From NCBI GenBank assembly GCA_963728405.1, contig CAVSJV010000017.1, positions 160,001 to 224,000 on the forward strand: a stretch of 64,000 nucleotides of DNA. Reading direction: 5' to 3'. The translations under genes were made by a program, and so were the position numbers. The stretch comes from Methanomassiliicoccaceae archaeon. Its GTDB lineage: Archaea; Thermoplasmatota; Thermoplasmata; Methanomassiliicoccales; Methanomassiliicoccaceae. Positions 12,117 through 21,940 of this stretch are shown piece by piece. The stretch's first letter is position 1. Each line of letters opens with the position of its first letter. The notes below the pieces were generated by a model. The model was given only the letters and a program-made list of their open reading frames with translations, searched no databases and was not told the origin of the DNA.

Positions 12117-12470
12117 ATGGGACAGATAATCAAAGCTCAGTGCAAGGCCTGCGGTTTCCGGTCCGAGGATCTCTATACGGGATTTGGTTTCCAGAACGCG
12201 GGCGATTACTATATGTGGCCGGCGATCTGCCCAAAGTGCCACAGCTTCGCCCTGAAGGACCAGAGGCACCCACCGCAGAACTGCCGGAGGTGCGGGTCGG
12301 AGATGGCGTTCTACGGTTCGGAGGACTTTTCCGCTAAATACTTCTCCGACAGGATGAAGAGCGAGCCGGTGGGCGAGGACCTGTCGCGGGACCTGATGAA
12401 AGGACGTCACGTCTGCCCGGTCTGCAGTAAGGTGGAGATGACCTTCGAAGAGCACGGTGACTGGTCCTGA
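12117..12470 (+). CDS. Hypothetical multi zinc-ribbon protein
   Basis: Four CxxC pairs (CKAC, CPKC, CRRC, CPVC). Confidence 0.7.
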   Translation: MGQIIKAQCKACGFRSEDLYTGFGFQNAGDYYMWPAICPKCHSFALKDQRHPPQNCRRCGSEMAFYGSEDFSAKYFSDRMKSEPVGEDLSRDLMKGRHVCPVCSKVEMTFEEHGDWS

Positions 12471-12983
12471 ACAAGGCCCTCCTGATCATCGACTGCAGGT
12501 ATGGCATTTCCCACCCGATGATCCGCCCTATCGGGCTCAGGAGGCGCGGGAGATCGACCGGTAGCTCATCGAATGGGCCAGGGGCGTGCCGGTCATCTTC
12601 GTGCAACACTGCGGGAACAAGGATGGCAAGTACGAGCCGGGGACCCCCGATTGGCAGGTCCATCCGTCGCTCGACCCCCAGGAGAGTGAGGCGGCGGTAC
12701 GGAAGTGGCACCCCGACTCATTCCAGGATACCGATCTTCGAGACATGTTCCGTGCAAATGGGATAGAGAAGCTCATCGTGGCCGGCATGCAGGGCGAGAT
12801 GTGCGTCGATACTACGGGTCCGCCGGGCCTATGGCCTTGGTTATGCCGTAGAGCTGATTGCTGATGGCCATACGACCTGTTCTTCCCCAGTCATGGCTGG
12901 CGAGCGTATCGTCGCCCACCACAACCAGGGCCTGGATCACCGGTTCGCTAAGGCCGTCGATCACCTTCATGCCGACCTCTGAG
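12467..12983 (+). pseudogene. Isochorismatase/cysteine hydrolase family pseudogene
   Basis: KALLIID, VPVIFVQH, K..PDSF..T.L, GMQGEMCVDTT, DGHTT spread over several frames; in-frame TAG at 12562-12564; no clear start codon. Confidence 0.7.
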
Positions 12984-13121
12984 CTACGAGCCTTGCGTCT
13001 GGACGTTGTTATTTTATACCGCGGGTTACAAAGTTCCACCCGTGGAACTGTCCAGCTTTTCTGGTCTCGCCATTCTTAGCAGTAGCATGCCGTCGATGGC
13101 ACCAGGGGGTCGGTGCGATCT

Positions 13122-13376
13122 ATGGCCATGACCTGGTCGTCGGGAGCGAAATACGCCGGCGCGGTCCTTTTCATCCTGGGCGTCGTAATGCTGGTGCTGG
13201 CGATCAGCGGTCTGATGCCTGACGAGAGCGGTGCCGCCTACACCAATACGATGTTCACTCAGCTCATAATCAATATCGGCATGCTGCTGGTCTCCACCTT
13301 CATGATATCAACGGGCATGTTCTTCATCGTCTATGGTGGACAACGATCGACCAAGGAATTGTACGACGAAGATTGA
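13122..13376 (+). CDS. Small two-TM membrane protein, unknown function
   Basis: Two hydrophobic stretches, acidic tail, host-like codon use. Confidence 0.65.
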   Translation: MAMTWSSGAKYAGAVLFILGVVMLVLAISGLMPDESGAAYTNTMFTQLIINIGMLLVSTFMISTGMFFIVYGGQRSTKELYDED

Positions 13377-13665
13377 GAACGCCGCGAACCCGACCGGTCG
13401 GTGCGCCCGTTTTTCAAAGGGGTGAAAAGCTTCTCGGTTTCTCAAACCATTATGAGATTCCTTTTCATCACCGAGGAGAGGTACGGGACGAATGATCTCA
13501 TCAAGCTCTAGTTCGGGGGGCCGGAGCAATGCGACAGTCCAGGTTCGAGAAGATATCGAGCATTGAGGCAAGTGCCAGCAGAAAGCTTTCTAGAAATCCG
13601 TTCATCTGGCCACCAGCGAAAAGGATATAGACCAGGACGGTATATGGAAAAATCCCGCATGGAAC

Positions 13666-13738
13666 GGGCTCATGGTCTAGTGGCTATGACGTCTCCCTGA
13701 CACGGAGGAGATCGCCGGTTCGAATCCGGCTGAGCCCA
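13666..13738 (+). tRNA. tRNA-Val(GAC), CCA not encoded
   Basis: Acceptor stem GGGCTCA/TGAGCCC, D arm GGTC-TAGTGGCTAT-GAC, anticodon loop CT-GAC-AC, T arm GCCGG-TTCGAAT-CCGGC. Confidence 0.97.
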
Positions 13739-13741
13739 CTC
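13727..13741 (+). repeat. attL-like direct repeat CGGCTGAGCCCACTC (tRNA 3' end)
   Basis: Identical 15-mer at 15817..15831. Confidence 0.85.
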
Positions 13742-13777
13742 TTCTCTTTATCCAGACAATAATAATCGAGATTCAAT

Positions 13778-13912
13778 TCAAACGCTTTTCGCGTTTATAG
13801 CTGGCTCGTCAAGAAATATGCGATTGTATGTTTCATTGACGTTCGCGAACGCAGGGTCAGCTCTGGAGCGGCAATAGTACCGCTCGGTCGTTTTCGTCGA
13901 AGCGTGACTCAT
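13778..13912 (-). pseudogene. C-terminal remnant of a tyrosine recombinase/integrase
   Basis: MSHASTKTTERYY matches the integrase box II end (H..T..Y catalytic Tyr); upstream domains absent. Confidence 0.72.
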
Positions 13913-14055
13913 CGGAAGGGTTACTCTGATCAAATGAGAAATACGATTAGAATGGTCCCTCCAGAGTTGAATCTGCTTCAAATGACGGATATGACAAAAA
14001 GAAGAAGCAAAAAATAGTCCACATATCGTTTGGGCATCATAGTCATGGCAGATGA

Positions 14056-15031
14056 TTGCTTTTGAGAGCTGTTGTATGGACCAAGTATGGACCTCCAGAC
14101 ATCCTAGAGCTTCAGGAAGTGGAGAGACCGGTCCCGAAGGATGATGAGGTTTTGATCGAAGTCCATGCGGTATCCATCAATTCTTGGGACTGGGAGCTTC
14201 TGAACGGCAGAGCGCAGATAACCTTGGGGGGACGTCTGAAGCCAAAATACAAGATACTCGGATGTGACGTCAGCTGGGGCCGTCGTTGGTGTCGGCAGTA
14301 ACGGTCAGACGCTTCCATCCAGGCGATGAAGTGATGGGGGACATATCCGGGAGCGGCTGGGGCGGTTTCGCGGAATACGTTAGCGTAAAGGAAAGTGTAT
14401 TGACATTGAAATCTGCCAAGATGTCGTTCGAACAGGCTGCGGCCACCCCTCAAGCGGCGGTCCTGGCCCTGCAAAGTCTTCGAGACAAGGGGAGGATCCG
14501 ATCGGGACAAAAGGTTCTGATCAATGGCGCTGGAGGTGGTGTGGGTACCTTTGCGGTCCAGATCGCAAAATCGTTCGGAGCGGAGGTCACAGGAGTGGAC
14601 AGCACAGAGAAGATCGAGATACTGAGATCCATCGGCGCGGACCATGTGATCGATTACACTGTTGAAGATTTCACTAAAAATGGTCAGGAATATGATCTGA
14701 TCGTTGATGTCATATCGATGCGATCCGTCTTCGATTACAAACGGGCATTGGCCCCCAAGGGCATATGTGTGCTTGTCGGAGGCAATTCGAGTGCCGTTCT
14801 GCGCGCCGTGCTCCTTGGGTCTTGGGCCCTAGGGGAAGGAAGGTGCGCTTGTTATTGCTAAGACCTGACCCGAGCGATTTGGACTTCATCAATGAGCTCT
14901 TTGAAGCTGGAAAGATAGTACCGGTGATCGATAGGAAATACGCCCTGGCGGAGTTACCCGATGCCTTCCGATATTATGCAGAAGGAAGAGTAAAGGGGAA
15001 GATCGTGATCCTCGTGGATCATGGAGCGTAA
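14056..15031 (+). CDS. NAD(P)-dependent MDR/quinone oxidoreductase family protein; indels at ~14275 and ~14835
   Basis: YGPPDIL, EVLIEVHAVSIN, VLINGAGGGVGTFAVQIAK, PVIDR, GKIVI over three ORFs. Confidence 0.82.
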
Positions 15032-15053
15032 TAAAAAAAGATAAGGTGAAAAA

Positions 15054-15590
15054 ATGGAAGAAAAAGGAAATGGTATCAAGGATCCGTTGCCGTCGAAATC
15101 TCTCTTGGTCCTCTTTTCATATCATCACAACAACACAGAGAAGATCGCCAAGGTCTTCGCCAGAGTGTTAGATGCGCAAATTAGAACGCCACAACAAACA
15201 AGCCCTGAAGAACTCCAAGAGTATGAGCTGATAGGCTTCGGCTCTGGAATATACGGTGCAAAGCACCATGAATCACTGCTTGACCTTGCAGGTAGGCTGC
15301 CGCATGTGACCAACAAGAAGGCATTCATATTTTCGACCAATGGCGCACCGGCCAGGGCTATGGACCACAACTCTATCGAGACATACATGACTAAGAATCA
15401 CTCGCCACTTAGAGAGAAGTTGCAATCCAAAGGCTATGTGATCGTCGATGATTTTTCTTGTGCAGGCCTTAACACCAATTGTTTCCTTAAACTGCTTGGG
15501 GGAATAAACAAAGGCAGACCTAATGATGAAGACCTTAAACGTGCAGAAGAGTTCGCTCAAAAACTGAAGCAGAATCTGAAAGGTACGTGA
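15054..15590 (+). CDS. Flavodoxin family protein
   Basis: SYHHNNTEKIA FMN loop, IGFGSGIY, AFIFST, NKGRPN..DL..AEEFA. Confidence 0.88.
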   Translation: MEEKGNGIKDPLPSKSLLVLFSYHHNNTEKIAKVFARVLDAQIRTPQQTSPEELQEYELIGFGSGIYGAKHHESLLDLAGRLPHVTNKKAFIFSTNGAPARAMDHNSIETYMTKNHSPLREKLQSKGYVIVDDFSCAGLNTNCFLKLLGGINKGRPNDEDLKRAEEFAQKLKQNLKGT

Positions 15591-15816
15591 ATAGAACGAA
15601 GGGGGAACACACCATCCGAGATAGCTGCTTGATCGGCTCTAAGAAGAGCCTTGGCTCGCGACACAATATGGCCGAGTTGGGGCAGACCCACTATGGATCC
15701 TCACAGTGATGCAAATTCGAGAGAGGAAAGGGAAAGGTTTTGTCGAGCTGACCCTGCATTATTCCAAAGAGATTGAGTTCCGATTTTCATCGTCTAGCTC
15801 GAAAGTTAGGTGGTCT

Positions 15817-15831
15817 CGGCTGAGCCCACTC
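15817..15831 (+). repeat. attR-like direct repeat CGGCTGAGCCCACTC
   Basis: Exact copy of 13727..13741. Confidence 0.85.
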
Positions 15832-15897
15832 ATCCAACTTTCTATCGTTTTTCCATGACCCCCAAGGGTCCGTTTGGAGCGCCTATTTCTTGAGCGG

Positions 15898-17060
15898 TCA
15901 TTTCGCCGCTTTCTCCAAGGCATTGTTCAAATCGGCCAGGATGTCCTCCTTAGCCTCTATTCCCACCGAGAGGCGGACCAATCGTTCACTGAGGCCAGCC
16001 TTGGTCCTTTCCTCAGGAGGAATGGCGCTCTGGGTCATGGACCAGGGATGTTCGATCAGGGATTCCACCCCGCCCAGGCTCACTGCCATAGCGATGAGCT
16101 GGGTCGATTCCAGGAACTTCTTGAGGTCCACTTTAGAAGATAGTTCGAACGAGACCATACCGGAGAACCCGCTCATCTGCTGCTTGGCCAGCTCATGCTG
16201 GGGATGGCTCTTCAGGCCGGGATAGAGAACCTTTTCCACATGCTCATGTTTCTCCAGGAACTCCGCCACCGCTAGGGCGTTCTCCTGATGCTTTTCCATG
16301 CGGAGAGGGAGGGTCTTGATCCCCCTCATCACCAGGAAACAATCCAGCGTGACCGGGGGTGGCCCCCAGCGACCTCTGCAGGAACCTTGCTTCCGTCAAT
16401 ATCTCAGCATCATCGGCCACCAAGGCGCCCCCCAGGACAGTCCGAATGGCCCGAGATATATTTGGTGGTGGAGTAGAGCACCAGATCGGCGCCGAGGTCC
16501 AGAGGCCTTTGGAAGTAGGGACTGGCGAAGGTATTATCCACCACGACCAAGGCCTCTGGATTGTGATCATGGGCCAGCTCAGCTACCACTGCGATGTCGA
16601 CGATCCGCAGCTGAGGATTGGTCGGAGACTCGATCCACACCATATCCACTCCTTGCTTGACCGATCGGTGGACGGCCTCTTCATCGGTTAGGTCGATGTA
16701 GGAGAACTCCGGTCCGAACCGGGCCATGCAATCTGAGAACAGTCGGTAGGTGCCCCCGTATAGATCATTGCTCACGATCACCCGGCTCCCCTTTCGCAGG
16801 AGGAACGACGCCGTGGTCGCCGCGCCCGTTCCCGAAGAGAAGGCCAATGCCCCCAGTGCGCTCTCGAGGGAGGCCATCTTTTCCTCGAGCGCGTGCCGGG
16901 TGGGATTGTCGGCCCTCGAGTACTCGTAGCCCAGGAGCGGCTCTTCCATTTTTTCTCGAGCAAATGTACTGGCGAGATGGACCGGAGCCACCACATCCCC
17001 ATACCGAGAGATCTTCCCTCGCTCTTCACCGCAATGTACTGCGTTCGTGGCGAACTTCAT
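15898..17060 (-). CDS. Cystathionine gamma-lyase/synthase family PLP enzyme; indels at ~16430 and ~16355
   Basis: YEYSRADNPT, YGGT, ESPTNP, VVDNTF, STTKYISGHSD (PLP Lys), SLGGVESL, RLSVGIE. Confidence 0.9.
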
Positions 17061-17195
17061 GTTCACACCTGGCCAGGACACAGGCCGTTTCGTTCATTCG
17101 AGGTGGGGATAGATTTAGGTTCGCCTCACCTTGGCCATTTGCCGTCTGATATCATTTCCATGCTTTCCTCCCCTTCAGTTCCTTGGATAAGCCCA

Positions 17196-18479
17196 TCAGG
17201 GTTGGATATCGGCGACCTTGGCAGTAATGGTGAAGCTCCCATCCAGGATCCGTTCCTTGAGGTCTTTCATAGTATGGAGGGCGCCCTCTCGATTGGAGTT
17301 ACGACACAGGATGGGCATGACCCTCATCTCACCATCAATGATCGTCCGGACCTCACCCAGAGAGCCCTTGAAACACCCTTGCTCGCAAGCCCTCACACAG
17401 GCTCCGCAGTTGACGCATCTAGACCTTTCGATGGATGGGCCGCCCTCGCCACCCTTGATAGCAAAGGTCGGGCAGACCTTGGAGGCGGCACAGTCCTGGC
17501 AACCGATACAGGGCCCGTTCTCCACGGATATGACCTCATCACGACCGGACCACACCTGACCATAGTCCACCTGACCGATCTTATGGCGGTCGCGGATGTC
17601 CCCCACCGAAAGGGGGATGTCCTCATCCTTGGTCATAATATGTCGCAACATAGAGTCATCGAGGATCGGAATAGGTACGGCGTAGGATGCGAGGCACTCT
17701 GGACCGGCGGCGGTCAGGAACCCACCCATCAGATCAGGGTCCATGCCCTTCATGTCCGCCACTGTCATCAGATTGGGGTACTTCGGTGAGCATCGCGTCC
17801 CGGTGCTGAAAACGAAACCCTCGGCCCCGTTGAACAATAACCTTGTTCCTACACCGATGGTCCTCAGTTCAGGATCGTTCTGCACTGGATTGAGATGTCC
17901 GCAACCGGAGAAGGTCACACCGCCGTAGTTGGGCGGGAAGGGTCGGCAGTGAAAGATCGACCGGAACTCAGTATCCGATGGGTTGACGTAAGCGCGATAG
18001 TTGCGAAAACAGTTCCGGGAGCTCAATAGCTTGGCGGTATGCATGTCTTCGATGGTCAGGAGCGCCTCCACCGCTCGTCCCGCTTTGGAGGTCGCCTCCA
18101 CCGTGACCACCCTCCCCTCCACCAGGTCTCTGAACAGGTTACCGCCCCCATAATCCGGCCTTTCCTCGCTCTCCGAGGTACCGAAGACCATGACATCGAT
18201 GACGCCCAAGCTTTCGTTGGGACACGGGCCGACGCTCGCCGGGACGCCGTTTATGCGAGCGGCCATGAACTTACGATAATAGCCAGGCGGGGCCATCTGG
18301 AACGATAGGACGGCATAAGTGCCGCTCATGATCCCCATCGTACCGGTGGTCACAACGTCGACCTCTCGGACCTCATCCTCCCGACCGGCGGTCAGAAGAT
18401 CTTCGACCTCCCGTGCGGTGAGTACGAGCGCCTCGCCCTTGGCGATTCTCTCATTGATGTCCTCGATGGTACGTTTCAT
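17196..18479 (-). CDS. Methanogenesis marker 16 metalloprotein (DUF39/homocysteine-biosynthesis sulfur-incorporation family with inserted 2x[4Fe-4S] ferredoxin)
   Basis: RTIEDINERI, VDVVTTGTMGIMSGT, GPCPNE, SGCGHLNPVQNDP, GTR, GPEC; CIGCQDC..VCP and CVNCGACVRAC; no CBS domains. Confidence 0.8.
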   Translation of the reverse strand: MKRTIEDINERIAKGEALVLTAREVEDLLTAGREDEVREVDVVTTGTMGIMSGTYAVLSFQMAPPGYYRKFMAARINGVPASVGPCPNESLGVIDVMVFGTSESEERPDYGGGNLFRDLVEGRVVTVEATSKAGRAVEALLTIEDMHTAKLLSSRNCFRNYRAYVNPSDTEFRSIFHCRPFPPNYGGVTFSGCGHLNPVQNDPELRTIGVGTRLLFNGAEGFVFSTGTRCSPKYPNLMTVADMKGMDPDLMGGFLTAAGPECLASYAVPIPILDDSMLRHIMTKDEDIPLSVGDIRDRHKIGQVDYGQVWSGRDEVISVENGPCIGCQDCAASKVCPTFAIKGGEGGPSIERSRCVNCGACVRACEQGCFKGSLGEVRTIIDGEMRVMPILCRNSNREGALHTMKDLKERILDGSFTITAKVADIQP

Positions 18480-18645
18480 GGGAAACGACGTGTAATCTTC
18501 CCCCCGGTAGAAAATCATGTGTCTTGATCGATGCGTTTCTTATGCCCCATATTCTGATTCTGTATTGCCCCAGCTATCTGAGGGCCAGATAATCGACCCG
18601 GTCGGATGAACAAGGTCACAAAGAATTAATCATTTCGCGGCATTA

Positions 18646-19110
18646 ATGCCATGCATGGCCGTCTGCCCGAACTGCAAGAAAGAGGGGCTCGAGGTGGAGA
18701 ATATCACCGTGGCCAATCACGCCAAGGAGTCGTGCTGGCCGCTTGGCGGCGAGCAATACTCGATCTGCGAGAACCCGGATTGTGAGGTCATTTACTTCAC
18801 CGCCTCGGGCGGCAGAACGCTGAAGACGAGCGATGTCAAGACCAGGGTCACGTTCAAGGAGAAGAGTGCCCCGAGGCCGCTGTGCTACTGCAAACAGGTC
18901 ACCGAGGAAGATGTCCTCAGGGCGATAGAGAGCGGGGCCAAGACCTTCGAAGAAGTTAGGATAGCGACCGGCATCGGTGGGGGAGGTCAATGCAAGGTGA
19001 CGAATCCGGCCGGTCGGTGCTGCGCCCGTAACTACAAGCCGTTCATCGAGAAGGAGCTGAAGAAACGCGGCCACGGCAGCTCGACAGGCCTACCGATGAT
19101 GATCCAGTAG
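18646..19110 (+). CDS. CopZ N-terminal-like Zn/[2Fe-2S] (BFD-like) domain protein
   Basis: CPNC, CENPDCEVIYF, PLCYCKQVT, C..TNPAGRCC, as in the Archaeoglobus CopZ N-domain family. Confidence 0.78.
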   Translation: MPCMAVCPNCKKEGLEVENITVANHAKESCWPLGGEQYSICENPDCEVIYFTASGGRTLKTSDVKTRVTFKEKSAPRPLCYCKQVTEEDVLRAIESGAKTFEEVRIATGIGGGGQCKVTNPAGRCCARNYKPFIEKELKKRGHGSSTGLPMMIQ

Positions 19111-19142
19111 CCAAGGGATCAGGGCAGAGTTACGATCCATCG

Positions 19143-20246
19143 TTAAGGGGTGGCCAGCACATCCGCCTTTCTTTTCCGCTTGACCCTCAGAGGAGTACCG
19201 ATGGAGGGCTTCACCCCAACGATCTTGATGCTCTCGACGGGAAGCCCCTTGTATTGCCGCTTACTGATCCCTGGATTCTCAGCGATCTTTCCGATAAGGA
19301 GCCCCGCGGCCCTTATCGTGTCTAAATATTCATCCTTGAGCACTGCGCCGCCAACGCAACCGGATATGAGGTCCTCATCGGCCCTCTGCTCGTCGGTCAG
19401 CTCCTCGAGCAGCACCATGTCCGAGATGTACATCTTTCCACCAGGCCTCAGGACCCTATATGCTTCCCCGAACGCTTTCGACTTGTCAGGTACTAGATTG
19501 ATCACGCAATTGCTCAGGATGACATCTATAGAGTTGCTCTGGATAGGCAAGTCCTCAATGTCCCCTACCTTGAACTCCACATTGGAAAAGCCGTTGGTTT
19601 TAGCGTTCTTCTTGGCCTTCCTGACCATCTCCATGGTCAGGTCCACACCGATCACTTTTCCATTCTTGCCTACCCTATTGGCAGCCAAGAAAGCATCCAT
19701 CCCCGCCCCGCTACCGAGATCTAGCACCGTATCGCCTTCCTTGATCTCGCCCAGGGCACCAGGGTTCCCACAGCCCAATCCGAGGTTTGAGTTAGGGGCC
19801 ATGCTAAGCTCCGCCTGGGAATACCCTAGGGCAGCGGAGATTTGAATAGGGCTTTGGACCTCATTTCCGCAACATCCGTCCCCACAGCCGCATGAACCGC
19901 CCTCTGTGGCGATCTTGCCATATCTGGTCTTGACGATCTTTTTTATCTGCCCACTTGAAGGACGTGGAGCATCGCAACAGCTATCCTGCTCCCCTATGCC
20001 CATTGATACCAACTGGTCACGGATCTCATCGTCCATGATGCTGTAGATGTTGTTCCGCCCATTCTTTTCAAACTTTACGATCCCCGCCTCTGAAAGCACC
20101 TTTAGATGCCGAGAAATTGTAGTCTGGTCCTTGTTGGTGCTTGAAAAATCACAAGCGCAGTGGTCGTTCTTTAACAAATAACCGATAATGATCAGCCTGG
20201 TCTCGTCACTGAGGGCTTTGAAGATTTTTACCTTGTCTGCAAGCAT
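19143..20246 (-). CDS. arsM: ArsR/SmtB HTH fused to arsenite methyltransferase
   Basis: [19 protein letters not shown] ArsR domain; [32 protein letters not shown] ArsM motifs in one uninterrupted frame. Confidence 0.9.
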   Translation of the reverse strand: MLADKVKIFKALSDETRLIIIGYLLKNDHCACDFSSTNKDQTTISRHLKVLSEAGIVKFEKNGRNNIYSIMDDEIRDQLVSMGIGEQDSCCDAPRPSSGQIKKIVKTRYGKIATEGGSCGCGDGCCGNEVQSPIQISAALGYSQAELSMAPNSNLGLGCGNPGALGEIKEGDTVLDLGSGAGMDAFLAANRVGKNGKVIGVDLTMEMVRKAKKNAKTNGFSNVEFKVGDIEDLPIQSNSIDVILSNCVINLVPDKSKAFGEAYRVLRPGGKMYISDMVLLEELTDEQRADEDLISGCVGGAVLKDEYLDTIRAAGLLIGKIAENPGISKRQYKGLPVESIKIVGVKPSIGTPLRVKRKRKADVLATP

Positions 20247-20252
20247 GATGCA

Positions 20253-20280
20253 TGCATATATGCACAACCATACATATGTA
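20253..20280. promoter_or_regulatory. Candidate ArsR operator palindromes
   Basis: Perfect palindromes TGCATATATGCA (20253-20264) and TACATATGTA (20271-20280) just upstream of the arsR-arsM ATG. Confidence 0.5.
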
Positions 20281-20514
20281 CTCCTTGAACATCGAAAAAG
20301 TGAGAGAGCGATAACTTGAGTTGTTTTCGAACGGGAGTAGTTTTCGGCCATGCAGTTCCCCACTATGAGGTAGCTTGCCAACTAGGTGCGGTCACAGCTC
20401 TTCTGAATGCATGCCCTCTGGGGGCAGCCGCATCATAGTGGTCCATCGCCATCGTTTTGTGACGGGAGAGCGATGACCATTTCACAAATACTTGACGGGC
20501 GATAGGGGAAACCG

Positions 20515-21600
20515 ATGCATCTGGACCGTGAGCAGGAGAGGGCACTCGCCGGCGAACTTGGCCAAGCCAGAAGATGGGCGATGGAGGTTCTCTGCCGACT
20601 TGGCGACATTAGCCACGCCGCCCGGCTGGTCCCGGTGAGCTCCGTTCACATACCAGATTGGTGCGGTCGGAGGGACCCGGGCCGGCCGCTCGATGCCTCG
20701 TCGACCGAGCGGCTCATGGCCTATACTACCGCCAATCCAGGTGGGGTCGATCATGCATCTAGGTCCAGAAAAGGCGACCTGGGAACGACTGGGAGTGTAC
20801 ATCTCCTACACCTGCTCCCCCTATCTCGTTGGCAACCATCCCAATCGCGGAGAGGTCGTAGCCTGGGGCGGGCGGGCTGCGGTCTCCTTCGTCAATTCCA
20901 TCATCGGTGCTCGAAGTGAGGTGGAGACCTACGAGAGCGCTCTGGCCTCGGCCATCACCGGTCTAACGCCGGAAAGGGGACTTCACCTAGATGAGAACCG
21001 TAGAGCGACGATAGCAGTGAACGTGCTAGACCATCGGGGAACAGACCTGACCGCGCTGGGCTTTGCTCTCTCTCGGAAGCTCAGGAACGATGTCCCGCTC
21101 ATATGTGGCATTGGCCCCACCTTCGATGAGGCCAAGCGGTTGGCATTCTCGCTGAATTCTAAAGGGATGGCCCCCCTCTTCCGAATACAGAGAGGGGGCG
21201 AACCGCCTGAAGGGCTCGAGGTGTTGGAGATCGAGAGTGGGGGCTGGGAGACGATATCGGAGGGCGACTTCGAACCGGACCTGATCATCGTCGGCTGCCC
21301 CCACATGTCCGAGCAGGACATTAACCGTTGGGCCAAGGCATTTGTGGACGAGCTAGCAGCAGGACGGAGGTATGGTTCCTTACCTCCCGCCTGTGCATGG
21401 AAAAGTGCCCGGTCTTCGGGGCGGTGCTCCAGGCCCGTGGACGTATGATGGTAGACATCTGCCCGCTGGGCCTGCGCGATCAGATGATCGGGAAAGGGAT
21501 CGCCTGTGACAGCCCAGCCCTTGCAGAGTGCCTACGCGACCATGGACTAACGGCGAACTATCTGCCTGAGATCGCGTTGCGAGAGCTGATGGTCCGATAA
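20515..21600 (+). CDS. Divergent aconitase X catalytic subunit (DUF521); indels at ~20757 and ~21350
   Basis: MHL..EQE..LAGE.G..AMEVL..LG, TTANP, YTCSPY, NSIIGARS, LASAITGLTP..GLHLDENR, GCPH, DICP. Confidence 0.8.
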
Positions 21601-21642
21601 GGATCAGGCCATGCCGGCTCTTTGGGGGGATGGCCTTGGCGT

Positions 21643-21927
21643 TCAGATTGCCTTTAGGTCGGGAAGGAGGCCATCGTACATGGTGACGAACTCGTCCCAT
21701 AGCTCTACGCTACGGTCCTTATATTTCTTGGACAGGTCCCAATCGCATTGGATGTCCCCTGAATCATCCAGTATGGCCACGTGATCGTGACGCCAGCTGT
21801 TCACCATCAGATTGGCGATGAACGCCGAGTAGGGGAAGCTCACCGGATCCTCGCCGTCCACCGGCAGGTCAGCGGGCTGTACGAACTCCTTCCTTGTGTG
21901 ATTAAATACGCCATAGATGACGCCCAT
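21643..21927 (-). CDS. Hypothetical protein (94 aa)
   Basis: GGAGGG RBS right after the CDGSH gene stop; host-like codon use. Confidence 0.6.
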   Translation of the reverse strand: MGVIYGVFNHTRKEFVQPADLPVDGEDPVSFPYSAFIANLMVNSWRHDHVAILDDSGDIQCDWDLSKKYKDRSVELWDEFVTMYDGLLPDLKAI

Positions 21928-21940
21928 TTCATTTCCCTCC

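Larger units (their letters stand above)
13727..15831. mobile_element. Decayed tRNA-Val-integrated genomic islet (~2.1 kb)
   Basis: Bounded by a duplicated tRNA 3' end; integrase stub next to the tRNA; visibly more AT-rich than the flanks. Confidence 0.8.

Noticed and set aside
13452-13660. Short ORF MRFLFITEERYGTNDLIKL ending in TAG, possible pyrrolysine readthrough
   Set aside because: The readthrough product has no recognisable features and would run into the tRNA
15832-20400. Extension of the tRNA-Val island through arsM
   Set aside because: No further copy of the att 15-mer was seen, so a larger boundary cannot be supported
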